Assembly (NCBI GenBank): GCA_965218435.1
Contig: CBDCKW010000009.1
Coordinates: forward strand, 3,008,001 to 3,072,000
Reading direction: 5' to 3'
Length of the DNA stretch: 64,000 nt
DNA from: Truepera sp.
Lineage (GTDB): Bacteria > Deinococcota > Deinococci > Deinococcales > Trueperaceae
The notes under the pieces are model-generated. The model did not search any database and was not told the origin of the DNA. It saw only the letters and a list, made by a program, of their open reading frames with translations. Positions 52,700 to 62,110 of the stretch are shown one piece after another. Position 1 is the stretch's first letter, and every line of letters starts with the position of its first letter. Both the position numbers and the translations under genes were made by a program.

Positions 52700-53665
52700 A
52701 TGCTTAAGTTTGTTTTACCTACACTAGCTGCAACCCTTTTTGCCGCCGCTTCAGCCCAGCAACCCGTAACGGTTACGTTTAACGGGATGGTCGGTGACGC
52801 GCCGATCGCGTGCGGTCAAGACTATCCCAACATCGGCAGCGAGGGGACAACCATCGCCTTTCAAGACGCCCGGATGTACGTCTCGAACCTCCGCCTCATC
52901 AACGCTGCGGGTCAAGAAGTACCGATTAGCCTCGAGCAAGACGGGCTCTGGCAATATGAGAACGTCGCCCTGCTGGACTTTGAAAACGCCACCGGCGGCT
53001 GTAGCGACGTTGGCACCAAAGCCACCAACAACCAGGTCAAAGGCACCGTACCCGAAGGCAACTACGACGGTTTAGTCTTCGATTTAGGTGTCCCTTTCGA
53101 GCTGAACCACGCCGACGCCACGACCGCACCCTCACCGCTCAACGTGTCGTCACTTTTTTGGAGTTGGCAGTACGGGTATAAGTTTGCCCGTATCGAAATT
53201 CTTAAGGCGCAAGTCGCGGGCTCTAATGCACAGGATGAGACGGTGAACGTCAGTAAAGGGAACCAGGCGAGTGCTAAAGCACTGGGTCACGCAGGTGAAA
53301 TGGATATGGGGGACGGCGCAGCCAACGGCTTTTGGCCGATTCACCTAGGCAGCACCGGTTGCACCTCGCCCGCCCCGGTCGTTAGCCCCACCGCTGAGTG
53401 CGCGCGCCCCAACCTGAGCACGGTACGGCTCGAGTCTTTCAATCCCACAAGCGATACGGTGACCTTAGACGTTGCAAGGTTACTTGAAGGCGTTGACGTC
53501 GGCAAGTCGCTCGAACTGGCCCCTCCCGGCTGCATGTCGGGGTTTGACGACCCCGACTGCCCTACCCTTTTCAAAAACCTCGGCTTAGCCCTCGAAACCG
53601 GGAAAGCCACCGCCTCACAAACGCTCTTCCGCGTGACCGGTGGAGGCGCTCGGACAAGCCGTTAG
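52700..53665 (+). CDS. mbnP: MbnP-family copper-binding protein
   Basis: DARMYVSN, WQ..NVALLDFE, FDLGVPFELNH, WxW motif LFWSWQYGYKF, HLGSTGC, C.RPN, GCMS...DPDC. Confidence 0.9.
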   Translation: MLKFVLPTLAATLFAAASAQQPVTVTFNGMVGDAPIACGQDYPNIGSEGTTIAFQDARMYVSNLRLINAAGQEVPISLEQDGLWQYENVALLDFENATGGCSDVGTKATNNQVKGTVPEGNYDGLVFDLGVPFELNHADATTAPSPLNVSSLFWSWQYGYKFARIEILKAQVAGSNAQDETVNVSKGNQASAKALGHAGEMDMGDGAANGFWPIHLGSTGCTSPAPVVSPTAECARPNLSTVRLESFNPTSDTVTLDVARLLEGVDVGKSLELAPPGCMSGFDDPDCPTLFKNLGLALETGKATASQTLFRVTGGGARTSR

Positions 53666-54811
53666 ATGAAACATCTGCTGTTCATTTTGTTCGTTTTGGG
53701 AGGTGTCCTGGCGCTGCTGGGCACCACCTCCCCACCCGAAGCGTCGCCATCCGGGGCGAGTTATGAGTGGGCGCTGCCGACCGGGTTTCCGACGCCTATT
53801 GTCCCCAAAGACAATCCGATGAGTGCTGAAAAGGTCGCGCTGGGCCGTTACCTTTTTTACGACAAGCGGCTTTCAGGTAACGACACCCAAGCGTGCGCGT
53901 CGTGCCACGAGCAAGCCAAGGCGTTTAGTGACGGCAAAACGGTCGCCGTCGGTTCGACGCAAGAGGCGCACCTGCGTAACGCCCAGAGCTTAACCAACGT
54001 CGCCTATAACCCGACCTTGACCTGGGCGAATCCGGGGCTGACGGGGCTCGAGCAACAGGTGCTCATCCCCCTCTTTGGCGAAGGCCCCATCGAACTTGGG
54101 TTAGCCGGTAAAGAAGAACTCGCCCTCGGCGTGTTCAAACAAGACAAGCGGTATCAAAAGCTCTTTAAGGCCGCGTTCCCGAAAGACGCCGACCCTTTTA
54201 CCGTGAGCAACATCGCCAAGGCGCTCGCCTCGTTTAGCCGCACCATCATCTCGGGCGGGTCGCCGTATGACCGGTTTGTCTACAGCGGGGAGCGTAACGC
54301 GCTCTCCCCTTCGGCGATAAGGGGGATGACGCTGTTTTTTTCGGAACGGACCGAATGCCACCACTGTCACGGCGGCTTTAACTTCAGCGATTCGGCGGTT
54401 CACGAGGGTACCGGGTTTCCTGAAACGCCTTTTCACAACACCGGGCTCTACAATTTGGACGGCCTGGGCGCGTATTCGAAAGGCAACCGGGGGCTCTATG
54501 AGATTACCGGCAAACCCGGCGACATGGGCAAGTTTCGCGCCCCTTCGCTCCGCAACGTAGAGCTGACCGCGCCGTACTTTCACGACGGCAGCGCCCGAAC
54601 ACTTGAGGAGGTCGTCAGTTTTTACGAAGCGGGCGGACGTGTTATCAAGACCGGGCCAAATAGGGGCGACGGTCGGCGTAACCCCTACAAGAGCGGGTTT
54701 GTTCAGGGGTTTAAGCTGACCGACCAAGAGCGAACGGATTTGGTCAACTTTCTGAAAAGCCTGACTGACCGCTCCTTGCTTACAAATTCGGCGCTGAGTA
54801 ATCCGTTTTAG
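53666..54811 (+). CDS. mbnH: MbnH-family di-heme enzyme (MauG/bCcP superfamily)
   Basis: W.LP.GFP.P.VP.DNPMS..KV.LGR.LFYD; heme motifs CASCH and CHHCH; FRAPSLRN...TAPY.HDG; follows mbnP. Confidence 0.9.
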   Translation: MKHLLFILFVLGGVLALLGTTSPPEASPSGASYEWALPTGFPTPIVPKDNPMSAEKVALGRYLFYDKRLSGNDTQACASCHEQAKAFSDGKTVAVGSTQEAHLRNAQSLTNVAYNPTLTWANPGLTGLEQQVLIPLFGEGPIELGLAGKEELALGVFKQDKRYQKLFKAAFPKDADPFTVSNIAKALASFSRTIISGGSPYDRFVYSGERNALSPSAIRGMTLFFSERTECHHCHGGFNFSDSAVHEGTGFPETPFHNTGLYNLDGLGAYSKGNRGLYEITGKPGDMGKFRAPSLRNVELTAPYFHDGSARTLEEVVSFYEAGGRVIKTGPNRGDGRRNPYKSGFVQGFKLTDQERTDLVNFLKSLTDRSLLTNSALSNPF

Positions 54812-54818
54812 GCGTCAG

Positions 54819-55040
54819 CTAGGGACGGTAGTTTTCTACCGTCTCCTCGTCTCGTAACCCGACCTCATCAGTATCTTCACCGAACGCTGCCGCCGCGCGG
54901 CGACGGCGCAACAGGTCCCAGTAGCGGTCGAGTTCAATTTGCACTTTGCCTAACGCCTCTTCGTTATCGCCGCCGTCTAATAACTCGTGTTCTTTGGCTA
55001 CCAGGCTCGAGATATGCTCAAACACATCGTCGTTCGTCAT
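54819..55040 (-). CDS. DUF2630-family protein
   Basis: I..LVAKEHEL, LDRYWDLLRRRRA, VENY. Confidence 0.8.
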   Translation of the reverse strand: MTNDDVFEHISSLVAKEHELLDGGDNEEALGKVQIELDRYWDLLRRRRAAAAFGEDTDEVGLRDEETVENYRP

Positions 55041-55135
55041 CGTTTCCCCTTTCTTTAGATTCTAATGCTGTCGGTCTAGTTGGCGTGACGCTTTAAGTAC
55101 ACAAGAGACTCTCTCTTTCTCGTCAGGCCAACAAC

Positions 55136-55167
55136 TTCTGAATTCTGTGTTCTACATTCTGACTTCT
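55136..55167. repeat. heptamer tandem repeat (TTCTnnn)
   Basis: ttctgaa ttctgtg ttctaca ttctgac ttct. Confidence 0.6.
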
Positions 55168-55202
55168 CTCACACCATACGCGGCCAACGCCCCCAACCCT
55201 CT

Positions 55203-55487
55203 TCAAAACATCACTTCGTCAACGTAGCAGTACGCCCACGTTTCACCGGGCTCGAGCGACCGGATAACCAGGTGACCCGACGCTTCAAAGTGCTTTGTCG
55301 CGTGTTTATTTTTTGACGAGTCGCAGCAGCCCACATGCCCGCACGTCATACAGATTCGCAGATGCATCCACGTATCGCCGAGGGCCACGCATTCAGGGCA
55401 GACCCTTTCAGAAGGCGTGTCAACGTCGGTCGTCTGGTCGGTATGGCTACAAACGTCGGTCCCTAGTTGTTCTTGCGTCAGGGTCAT
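55203..55487 (-). CDS. UBP-type zinc finger protein
   Basis: CSH, CPEC, HLRICMTCGHVGCCDSS.NKHATKH, EPGE.W.YCY.D. Confidence 0.9.
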   Translation of the reverse strand: MTLTQEQLGTDVCSHTDQTTDVDTPSERVCPECVALGDTWMHLRICMTCGHVGCCDSSKNKHATKHFEASGHLVIRSLEPGETWAYCYVDEVMF

Positions 55488-55519
55488 AAACTGTCCTTTC
55501 TTGGTACTTAGCTGCTTCT

Positions 55520-57313
55520 TTAGTTGACAGGTTCTGCGCCCGCTTGCCTTTCAAACAGGTCGGTGTACAGCCCGCCTTGTGCCAGCAGCTCGTCGTGCGT
55601 ACCCCGCTCGACAATGCGGCCCTGGTCCAACACGATAATCTGGTCGGCATTGCGGATGGTGTTAAGCCGGTGCGCGATAATCAGCGCGGTGCGGCCGGTT
55701 ATGAGCGTGTCAAACGCTGTTTGAATCAGCGCTTCGGTGCGGGTGTCTATGTTCGCCGTCGCCTCGTCTAAAATCAGGAGTCGGGGATTGGTAAGTAAGG
55801 CCCTGGCAATCGCCAAGAGTTGACGTTGCCCCTGACTAAACGACGCGCCGCGTTCACTTGGAATGCTCTCATACCCTTTCGGCAGCGCCTCGATCACGTC
55901 ATGAATATGTGTCTCTTTTGCTACCGCGATGACCTCCTCTAAAGTAGCGTCAGGGCGGCCAAAACGGATGTTGTTGGCTACGGTATCGGAAAACAGATAG
56001 GCGGTTTGCGGCACGTACCCAACCTGTTTGCGGAGGCTGTAGAGGTCTACGTCACGTACATCAACCCCGTCTACTGTCACAGCGCCGCCCTCCACGTCGT
56101 AGTTGCGGAGCAGCAGGTTGGCTAAGGTCGTTTTGCCTGCCCCCGTTTCGCCGACCAAGGCCACCGTTTGACCGGGTTCGGCCCCAAACGACACCCCTTT
56201 GATGACCTCCTGCCCACCATAGCCAAACGTCACATCCCGGTAGACCACGCGGCCTTCTAAATGCTCGAGCTTTGCGGCGTCCGGCGCGTCGGTGATCTCG
56301 GGCTGGGTGTCAAAGAGTTCAAAGATACGCTCGCTCGCGGCAAACGCGCTCTGCGCTTGGGTGTAGAGGTTGGCGAGCGTCTGGACGGGCCGAAAAAAGC
56401 TCTGCACGTAGTTGAGAAAGGCGACGACGACCCCGACTGTCACCAAACTCTGAAACGCCAGCCAGCCTCCGACCCCGGCAACAATCGCTGTTGCCACCGT
56501 TGAAAGGAGGGTGATCGCCGGTGAAAACGCCGCGGTAATCCGCGCCGCGCGGATGTTGGCGTCGCGGTTTTCGGCGTTGGTGCCGCGAAAGTGTTGGGTG
56601 TTATAGCTCACCCGGTTTAAGAAGGCTTGGGTTTCGCGGATCATCCCGAACTCTTCCCCCAGTTCAGCCGACAAGTCCCCGATCGTCCGGCGGGTCAAAC
56701 GAAACGCGACCCTCGCCCGCCGCGAAAACCACATGGTCATTAGGATCATTACCGGTAAGATCGCTAGCGTCGCCAGCGCCAGCGGCCAGCTCAGCGCGAA
56801 CATCCCGACCACGATCCCGACGAGTCCGAACAGCGGTCCGAGCGACTGCGCTAAACCTTGCCCGAACAAGTTTCCGACGGCGGTCGTATCGTTGACCAGG
56901 CGGCTCATCAAGTCACCCGCGCCCTGTTTGGAAAAAAATGCCAGCGACAGCGTTTGCAGATGCGTAAAGATGTCTTCGCGCATATCGCGGAGCATCCGCT
57001 GCGCGGCTACCCCGATCAGGTAACGCTGCGCCATCAGTGAGGCGAAGCCGAGCAGATACAGGGCGGCCAGCCATACCATCGTCGTTCCGAGCCCCGCGCG
57101 GTCGCCCTTGGTGATAAAGCCGTCGATGGCCCGAGCAATCAGCGCCGGTGCGCCCGCTTGCGAGGCGGCGCTGGCTAAGAGCGCCACGAAGACGCCTGCT
57201 AACAAAAGGCCCTGCTTTTGCAGATAGCGCCGCCAGAGCCGCGCCAACACCTGTAGGTCACTGACGTTACGGGGCGAGTTCGTCTCGGTATCTGGGGCTA
57301 AAGCTCGTCTCAT
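55520..57313 (-). CDS. ABC exporter half-transporter
   Basis: GETGAGKT, FSQGQRQL, LILDEAT, IAHRL. Confidence 0.95.
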   Translation of the reverse strand: MRRALAPDTETNSPRNVSDLQVLARLWRRYLQKQGLLLAGVFVALLASAASQAGAPALIARAIDGFITKGDRAGLGTTMVWLAALYLLGFASLMAQRYLIGVAAQRMLRDMREDIFTHLQTLSLAFFSKQGAGDLMSRLVNDTTAVGNLFGQGLAQSLGPLFGLVGIVVGMFALSWPLALATLAILPVMILMTMWFSRRARVAFRLTRRTIGDLSAELGEEFGMIRETQAFLNRVSYNTQHFRGTNAENRDANIRAARITAAFSPAITLLSTVATAIVAGVGGWLAFQSLVTVGVVVAFLNYVQSFFRPVQTLANLYTQAQSAFAASERIFELFDTQPEITDAPDAAKLEHLEGRVVYRDVTFGYGGQEVIKGVSFGAEPGQTVALVGETGAGKTTLANLLLRNYDVEGGAVTVDGVDVRDVDLYSLRKQVGYVPQTAYLFSDTVANNIRFGRPDATLEEVIAVAKETHIHDVIEALPKGYESIPSERGASFSQGQRQLLAIARALLTNPRLLILDEATANIDTRTEALIQTAFDTLITGRTALIIAHRLNTIRNADQIIVLDQGRIVERGTHDELLAQGGLYTDLFERQAGAEPVN

Positions 57314-57323
57314 ACAGTTTTTC

Positions 57324-59069
57324 TCATAGCGTGACCGGTTCCAGCTGCGACGCCAAAATCTCGTTGTAGATACGGCTGCTGAGGCTCAGCTCTTCGTGCG
57401 TTCCGCGAGCAACGATCTCGCCCCCGTCCAAAATCAAAATCAGGTCGGCCTCGCGGACGCTCCCAATACGCTGCGCCACCACAAACGAGGTGCAGCCATA
57501 AGCGAGCGTTTTGAGCGCCTCTTGAATGCGGTATTCGGTTTCGGCGTCTACCGAACTCGTCGAATCGTCGAAGATTAAAATCGGCGGTTTAAGTAGCAAA
57601 GCCCGAGCAATCGCCACCCGTTGCCGCTGCCCGCCGGAAAGTCCGGCCCCGCGTTCGCCGAGCCTCGTCTCGTACCCGTCCGGTTGCTCCATGATAAAGT
57701 CGTGCGCCTGCGCCGTTTTTGCCGCTGCGATGACCTCAGCCTCCGTGGCGTCCGGTTTACCGAAGGCGATGTTGTCCCGAATCGTGCCGCGCAGCAAGTT
57801 CACGTCTTGCAAAACAACGCCGATCTGCTCCCTTAACGACTCGAGGTCCACGTCACGCACGTTAAATCCGTCTAAGATGACCGATCCGGTCGTCGGGTCG
57901 TAAAAACGTGGAAGCAGGTTGACGATGGCGCTTTTGCCGCTCCCGGTCGCGCCCAAAAGCGCCACCTTTTGACACGGCTCGACCGTAAACGACACACCTC
58001 TAAGCACCTCGGCTTCACTCCCTGGCACGCCACTCCCCGGAAAGTGAAAATGGACGTTTTCAAAGCTCACATGACCGGTCAGACGGGGCAGTTCGGGCGC
58101 GTCCGGTTTTGAGGTAATCTCGGGCGGCGTGTCTAAAATCTCGAAGATACGCGCACCTGAAGCCGTCGAGCGCGCCGCCTGTTGCCCCGCAAAGCCGAGC
58201 TGTACAATAGGTTGGAGCAAAAACCCCAGATAGCTGGTAAACGCGACGAGGAGCCCAAGCGACACCGTGCCGCCAATCACCAGCGAGCCCCCGTACCAGA
58301 GGACGATGACGGTAGCGAGGTTGCCTAAAAAAAAGGTCAGTGGAAATCCGAAAGAGACGAGCCGGACGACCTCTAAGTTCGTCTCATACAGGTCGTCGTT
58401 ACGCGTACGGTAACGCCCCACCTGTCCGGTTTCAGCCGCGAACGCCCGCACCACCTCAGCTCCCGCGATATTTTCCTGCAAAACGGTGTTGAGGTTGCCG
58501 AGCTTTTGCTGCACCACCCGAAAACGCGGCGAAATCAGGCGGATAAAGACGCTAAAAACGGCTGTAATCACCGGCATCAGCGCCAGCGCCGCCAGCGCGA
58601 GTTGCCACGACACTACAAACATAATCACCACCGTGCCGACTAAAGTCAGCACGGCGGCGACAATCTGAAAAAGCCCCTCACCGACGAACAGCTGCGCGTT
58701 TTCTACGTCCGAGGTCGCGCGGGTCACCAGCTGCCCGGTCTGCTGCTGGTCGTAGTACGAAAACGACAACCGCTGGAGCGCACCGAACACGTCGTTACGC
58801 AGGTCAAACGCGACATTTTGCGAGATACTCTGCGCCCAAAACGCGTAAAGGAAGTTCGACACGCCGCCTAAAAGCGCCACACCTAAAAGCAGCAGCGTGA
58901 CGTTTAAGACGGCGCTGGCGTCTTGCGCCGCGATACCCCGGTCAATCAGCCGCCGCAGTAAGAGCGGTACGGCGAGGTTCGCCGCCGTATAGACGATCAG
59001 CGCCCCGAGCGCCCCGAACCAGAGGCGCGGGTAGCTGCTCAGATAGGTGAGTAAACGGCGGAGTGTCAT
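57324..59069 (-). CDS. ABC exporter half-transporter, partner subunit
   Basis: GATGSGKS, LSGGQRQR, degenerate FDDSTS and VAQR. Confidence 0.95.
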   Translation of the reverse strand: MTLRRLLTYLSSYPRLWFGALGALIVYTAANLAVPLLLRRLIDRGIAAQDASAVLNVTLLLLGVALLGGVSNFLYAFWAQSISQNVAFDLRNDVFGALQRLSFSYYDQQQTGQLVTRATSDVENAQLFVGEGLFQIVAAVLTLVGTVVIMFVVSWQLALAALALMPVITAVFSVFIRLISPRFRVVQQKLGNLNTVLQENIAGAEVVRAFAAETGQVGRYRTRNDDLYETNLEVVRLVSFGFPLTFFLGNLATVIVLWYGGSLVIGGTVSLGLLVAFTSYLGFLLQPIVQLGFAGQQAARSTASGARIFEILDTPPEITSKPDAPELPRLTGHVSFENVHFHFPGSGVPGSEAEVLRGVSFTVEPCQKVALLGATGSGKSAIVNLLPRFYDPTTGSVILDGFNVRDVDLESLREQIGVVLQDVNLLRGTIRDNIAFGKPDATEAEVIAAAKTAQAHDFIMEQPDGYETRLGERGAGLSGGQRQRVAIARALLLKPPILIFDDSTSSVDAETEYRIQEALKTLAYGCTSFVVAQRIGSVREADLILILDGGEIVARGTHEELSLSSRIYNEILASQLEPVTL

Positions 59070-59173
59070 TGGCGTGTCAAGTGTCCCCGGTCATCAAGCT
59101 GATGGTATCCCCTCGAGCCCCACCGCCCAGCAGTTCAAGCAGCGACCAAACTTACAGCTCAGCCCAGAGTCCG

Positions 59174-59527
59174 CTAAAGCTCAACGACCTGCTCGAGCCC
59201 CAGCACATCGTCATAACTACGAAAGCCTTTATCTTTTGCCAGATGTTTGCCGTACCCGGCCGACTGCACCAAGCTCTGATAATAGCTGCACACCGCCCGC
59301 TCAAAAGCTTTACGGTTGAGCTTAATTGGAGCGTCAAACTCGCCGACCGTAACGTCGCCCGAGTCGTGAAGCGTATTGACCGGCTCGGTCAGGTCAACGA
59401 ACAAATCTTTATAGCTTCCTTGGTCGTTCTCGAGGTCAAAATGCACGCGCGAGACGGCGTGCGTCTCACTGCCGCCGAGTTCACGGCTGTCTTGGACAAC
59501 TTTGTGGAAGATAACTCTGGTTTTCAC
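59174..59527 (-). CDS. hypothetical protein
   Basis: 117-aa ORF with AAGGGAG RBS before GTG, on the same strand as the ABC pair. Confidence 0.6.
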   Translation of the reverse strand: MKTRVIFHKVVQDSRELGGSETHAVSRVHFDLENDQGSYKDLFVDLTEPVNTLHDSGDVTVGEFDAPIKLNRKAFERAVCSYYQSLVQSAGYGKHLAKDKGFRSYDDVLGLEQVVEL

Positions 59528-59806
59528 GGCAACTCCCTTTTGGTCAATGTAGCAGAACCGGCATGAAACGGGGCGCGAGGCTACCCTTTTTCTTTAATCC
59601 TACGGCACGCGGCGGGTTTGTCAAGTCCATGTTGGTGAGTTTAAGAGCACCTCTACCTTGGCTCCCAAAAATGGCGCGCTCGAGGTTTCTACTGGGTTTT
59701 TACGAGGTTTCTAGGTCTTTGGACGGAGGCGGCTGCGTCTAAGCGCCCCTAGACTTGGGTAATCAGAACCACTGCCCCGACGCTTCCGGGCCGAAAGGAA
59801 TCCGAG

Positions 59807-60571
59807 ATGACGCATAAGACAAAAGACAAGACCCCACGACCCGAACAACCCGTTGCACTGATCACCGGCCCCAGCCGTGGCCTCGGCTTTACCCTCGCCA
59901 ACTTTTTAGCCGCGCAGGGTTATACGCTCATCATCACCGCTCGTAACCCAACCGCGCTGGGGGCCGCCGCCGAAACTTTAAGACGTTATGGCCATCCAGT
60001 GTACGCCCTTCCCGGCGACGTGACCGACCCGGCGCACTGCCGCGCTCTAGGGGAGGTTGTACGTGAAGGCGGGCTCGACCTCCTCGTCAACAACGCGTCC
60101 GACTTGGGTGTCAGTCCACTGCCTGAGCTGGCACAGTATCCCTTAGAACGCTTGGGCAAACTCTTTGATACGAACGTCTTGGCCCCTTTAGGGCTCGTGC
60201 AAGAAACGCTCGAGGCCCTCCGGGTACGCCGCGGACTCGTCGTCAATGTTTCGTCGGACGCTGCTCTCGGCGCGTATCCGGGGTGGGGCGCTTACGGCTC
60301 GAGCAAAGCCGCGCTAGACCTGATGACCCGCACACTCGCCGCAGAACTTGCTGCTGGTACAGATGGTGTAAGCGTCGTGTCGGTTGACCCTGGCGACTTG
60401 CGGACGCAGATGCACCAAGACGCGTTTCCCGGTGAAGACATCAGTGATCGGCCCCTCCCGGAGGTGACGCTGCCCTTTTGGGCGTGGCTTTTGGGTCAAG
60501 ACCCGCGCCGGGTTTCAGGGGGACGTTTTGCAGCCCAGGGCGAACGGTGGGAGCTGCCCCGTGCCGCCTGA
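59807..60571 (+). CDS. short-chain dehydrogenase/reductase
   Basis: ITGPSRGLG, LVNNAS, NVSSDA, YGSSK, VDPGDLRT.MHQ.AFPGEDISDRP. Confidence 0.93.
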   Translation: MTHKTKDKTPRPEQPVALITGPSRGLGFTLANFLAAQGYTLIITARNPTALGAAAETLRRYGHPVYALPGDVTDPAHCRALGEVVREGGLDLLVNNASDLGVSPLPELAQYPLERLGKLFDTNVLAPLGLVQETLEALRVRRGLVVNVSSDAALGAYPGWGAYGSSKAALDLMTRTLAAELAAGTDGVSVVSVDPGDLRTQMHQDAFPGEDISDRPLPEVTLPFWAWLLGQDPRRVSGGRFAAQGERWELPRAA

Positions 60572-61592
60572 GACCCAAGCTCTTAAGGACTCGCTTAATC
60601 AAACGGTTCCCGAAGCGCACGAACCCCCGGAGTTAAGGGGAAGCCTTAGAGACGCCGTGCGCTTACTTATCAGCACGCCGAGCGGCCAGCACCACAGCCG
60701 TTTTACGAACCTCGCTAACTTTTTACGGTCCGGTGACCTGCTCGTCGTTAACCGGAGTGCGACACTAGCGGCAAGCTTGGCAGCTGAGAGTTCTGTAGGG
60801 CACTTCGTCCTCAACCTCTCCTCCGAGTACGGCGGCGGGGTGTGGCTCACTGAGCCGCGCCGAAGCTTTGCTGAACCGGGGCCGCTCTCACTCAACCCCG
60901 GCGACACCTTCACCGCTGCGGGTCTCCACGGAACCTTTTTGCACCCTTATCCCGGCCTGCCGCGCCTTTGGTTCGTTCATTTTGGGGGCGCTATAGGAGC
61001 GGCACTAAAGGAGTATGGTACGCCCATTCGTTACGGTTATATCAACCATTCTTTTCCCCTCGAGACCTATCAAACTATCTTTGCCGATACTCCCGGCAGC
61101 GCCGAAATGCCGTCTGCCGCACGCCCTTTTTCCGAGCGGGTGCTCCGTAGTCTCGAGGCGCGAGGGGTGGCCCTAGCCTCCATCACCCTGCATACCGGCG
61201 TCAGCAGTTTGGACGCCGCAGAGATGAACGGAACGCTCTACCCGGAACCCTTTTGCGTTCCCGCCGAGACGGTCGCGGCTATAGAGCAGGCCAAGGCTGC
61301 AGGCGGGCGCGTCGTCGCAGTCGGCACCACAGTGGTGCGGGCCGTAGAGTCTGCTTTTTATGGCGGCGGACTTCACGCCGCCGAAGGCTTTACCCGCCTT
61401 TATGTGCGGCCTGAACGCGGTGTTTACGTGATAGACGGCCTTATCACCGGGTTTCACGCCCCTGAAGCGAGCCATTTGGAAATGCTCTACGCGCTCGCGG
61501 GCGAGACGCTCATCCGGGACGCCTACGCCGAGGCGTTAGGGGCGGGTTATTTGTGGCACGAGTTCGGCGACAGTCACCTGATTTTGCCCTGA
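60561..61592 (+). CDS. QueA-like protein (S-adenosylmethionine:tRNA ribosyltransferase-isomerase family, atypical)
   Basis: GDLLVVNRS, PIRYGY, YQTIFA..PGSAEMPSAARPFS, TLHTG, VAVGTTVVRAVE, LITGFH.P.ASHL, YLWHEFGDSHLI. Confidence 0.85.
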   Translation: MPPETQALKDSLNQTVPEAHEPPELRGSLRDAVRLLISTPSGQHHSRFTNLANFLRSGDLLVVNRSATLAASLAAESSVGHFVLNLSSEYGGGVWLTEPRRSFAEPGPLSLNPGDTFTAAGLHGTFLHPYPGLPRLWFVHFGGAIGAALKEYGTPIRYGYINHSFPLETYQTIFADTPGSAEMPSAARPFSERVLRSLEARGVALASITLHTGVSSLDAAEMNGTLYPEPFCVPAETVAAIEQAKAAGGRVVAVGTTVVRAVESAFYGGGLHAAEGFTRLYVRPERGVYVIDGLITGFHAPEASHLEMLYALAGETLIRDAYAEALGAGYLWHEFGDSHLILP

Positions 61593-61675
61593 GGGTTAAG
61601 CTTTTTTGTACAAAGGTTGTTAGGTACTAGGTTGAACTACTTTTTCATTCACTAAAGAGTTTTACAGGAGGTTTT

Positions 61676-62089
61676 ATGCAAGGTGATCATCCGGCAGCGA
61701 CAGTTCAAGCTTGGCAAGACGCTGCTAACGCCCAAGCTAAAGGGCGGCTGCTCGAGCTTTCCGACCCTAACATCGAAATCGTCGGCCCACGCGGGTCGGG
61801 CCACGGTCACGAGCTGTTAGAAGCTTGGCTGGCGCGGGCCGGATTCAGCCTCGAGACAAAGCGTATCTTCGCTCAGGGCGACGCGGTGGTCTTGGCACAG
61901 CACGGCGTCTGGCGTTCGCCTGAGACGGGTGAGGTGACCGGTGAGGCAGATTTGGCCTCGAGCTTCCGCGTCGCGGCGGGCCGCGTGACGCAGTTCTCGC
62001 GTTTTGACCGGTTGTCAGAAGCCTTAGAGCAAGCCCAGCTTACCGAAACAGATGAAATCCCCCAAACCGCTCAGCGGCTCACGCTTTGA
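61676..62089 (+). CDS. SnoaL/NTF2-like protein
   Basis: V.AW..A.N, IVGPRGSG.G..LL..W, VV..Q...W, F.V..GRV....R. Confidence 0.8.
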   Translation: MQGDHPAATVQAWQDAANAQAKGRLLELSDPNIEIVGPRGSGHGHELLEAWLARAGFSLETKRIFAQGDAVVLAQHGVWRSPETGEVTGEADLASSFRVAAGRVTQFSRFDRLSEALEQAQLTETDEIPQTAQRLTL

Positions 62090-62110
62090 CGAGTGAGCTA
62101 CAATACCCCT

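Noticed and set aside
51321..54811. Methanobactin biosynthetic gene cluster
   Set aside because: No MbnA precursor, MbnB or MbnC; the upstream small ORF is a His-rich membrane peptide, not a Cys-rich core peptide
59063..59566. 167-aa plus-strand ORF
   Set aside because: Antisense shadow of the 59174-59527 ORF, which has the better RBS and orientation
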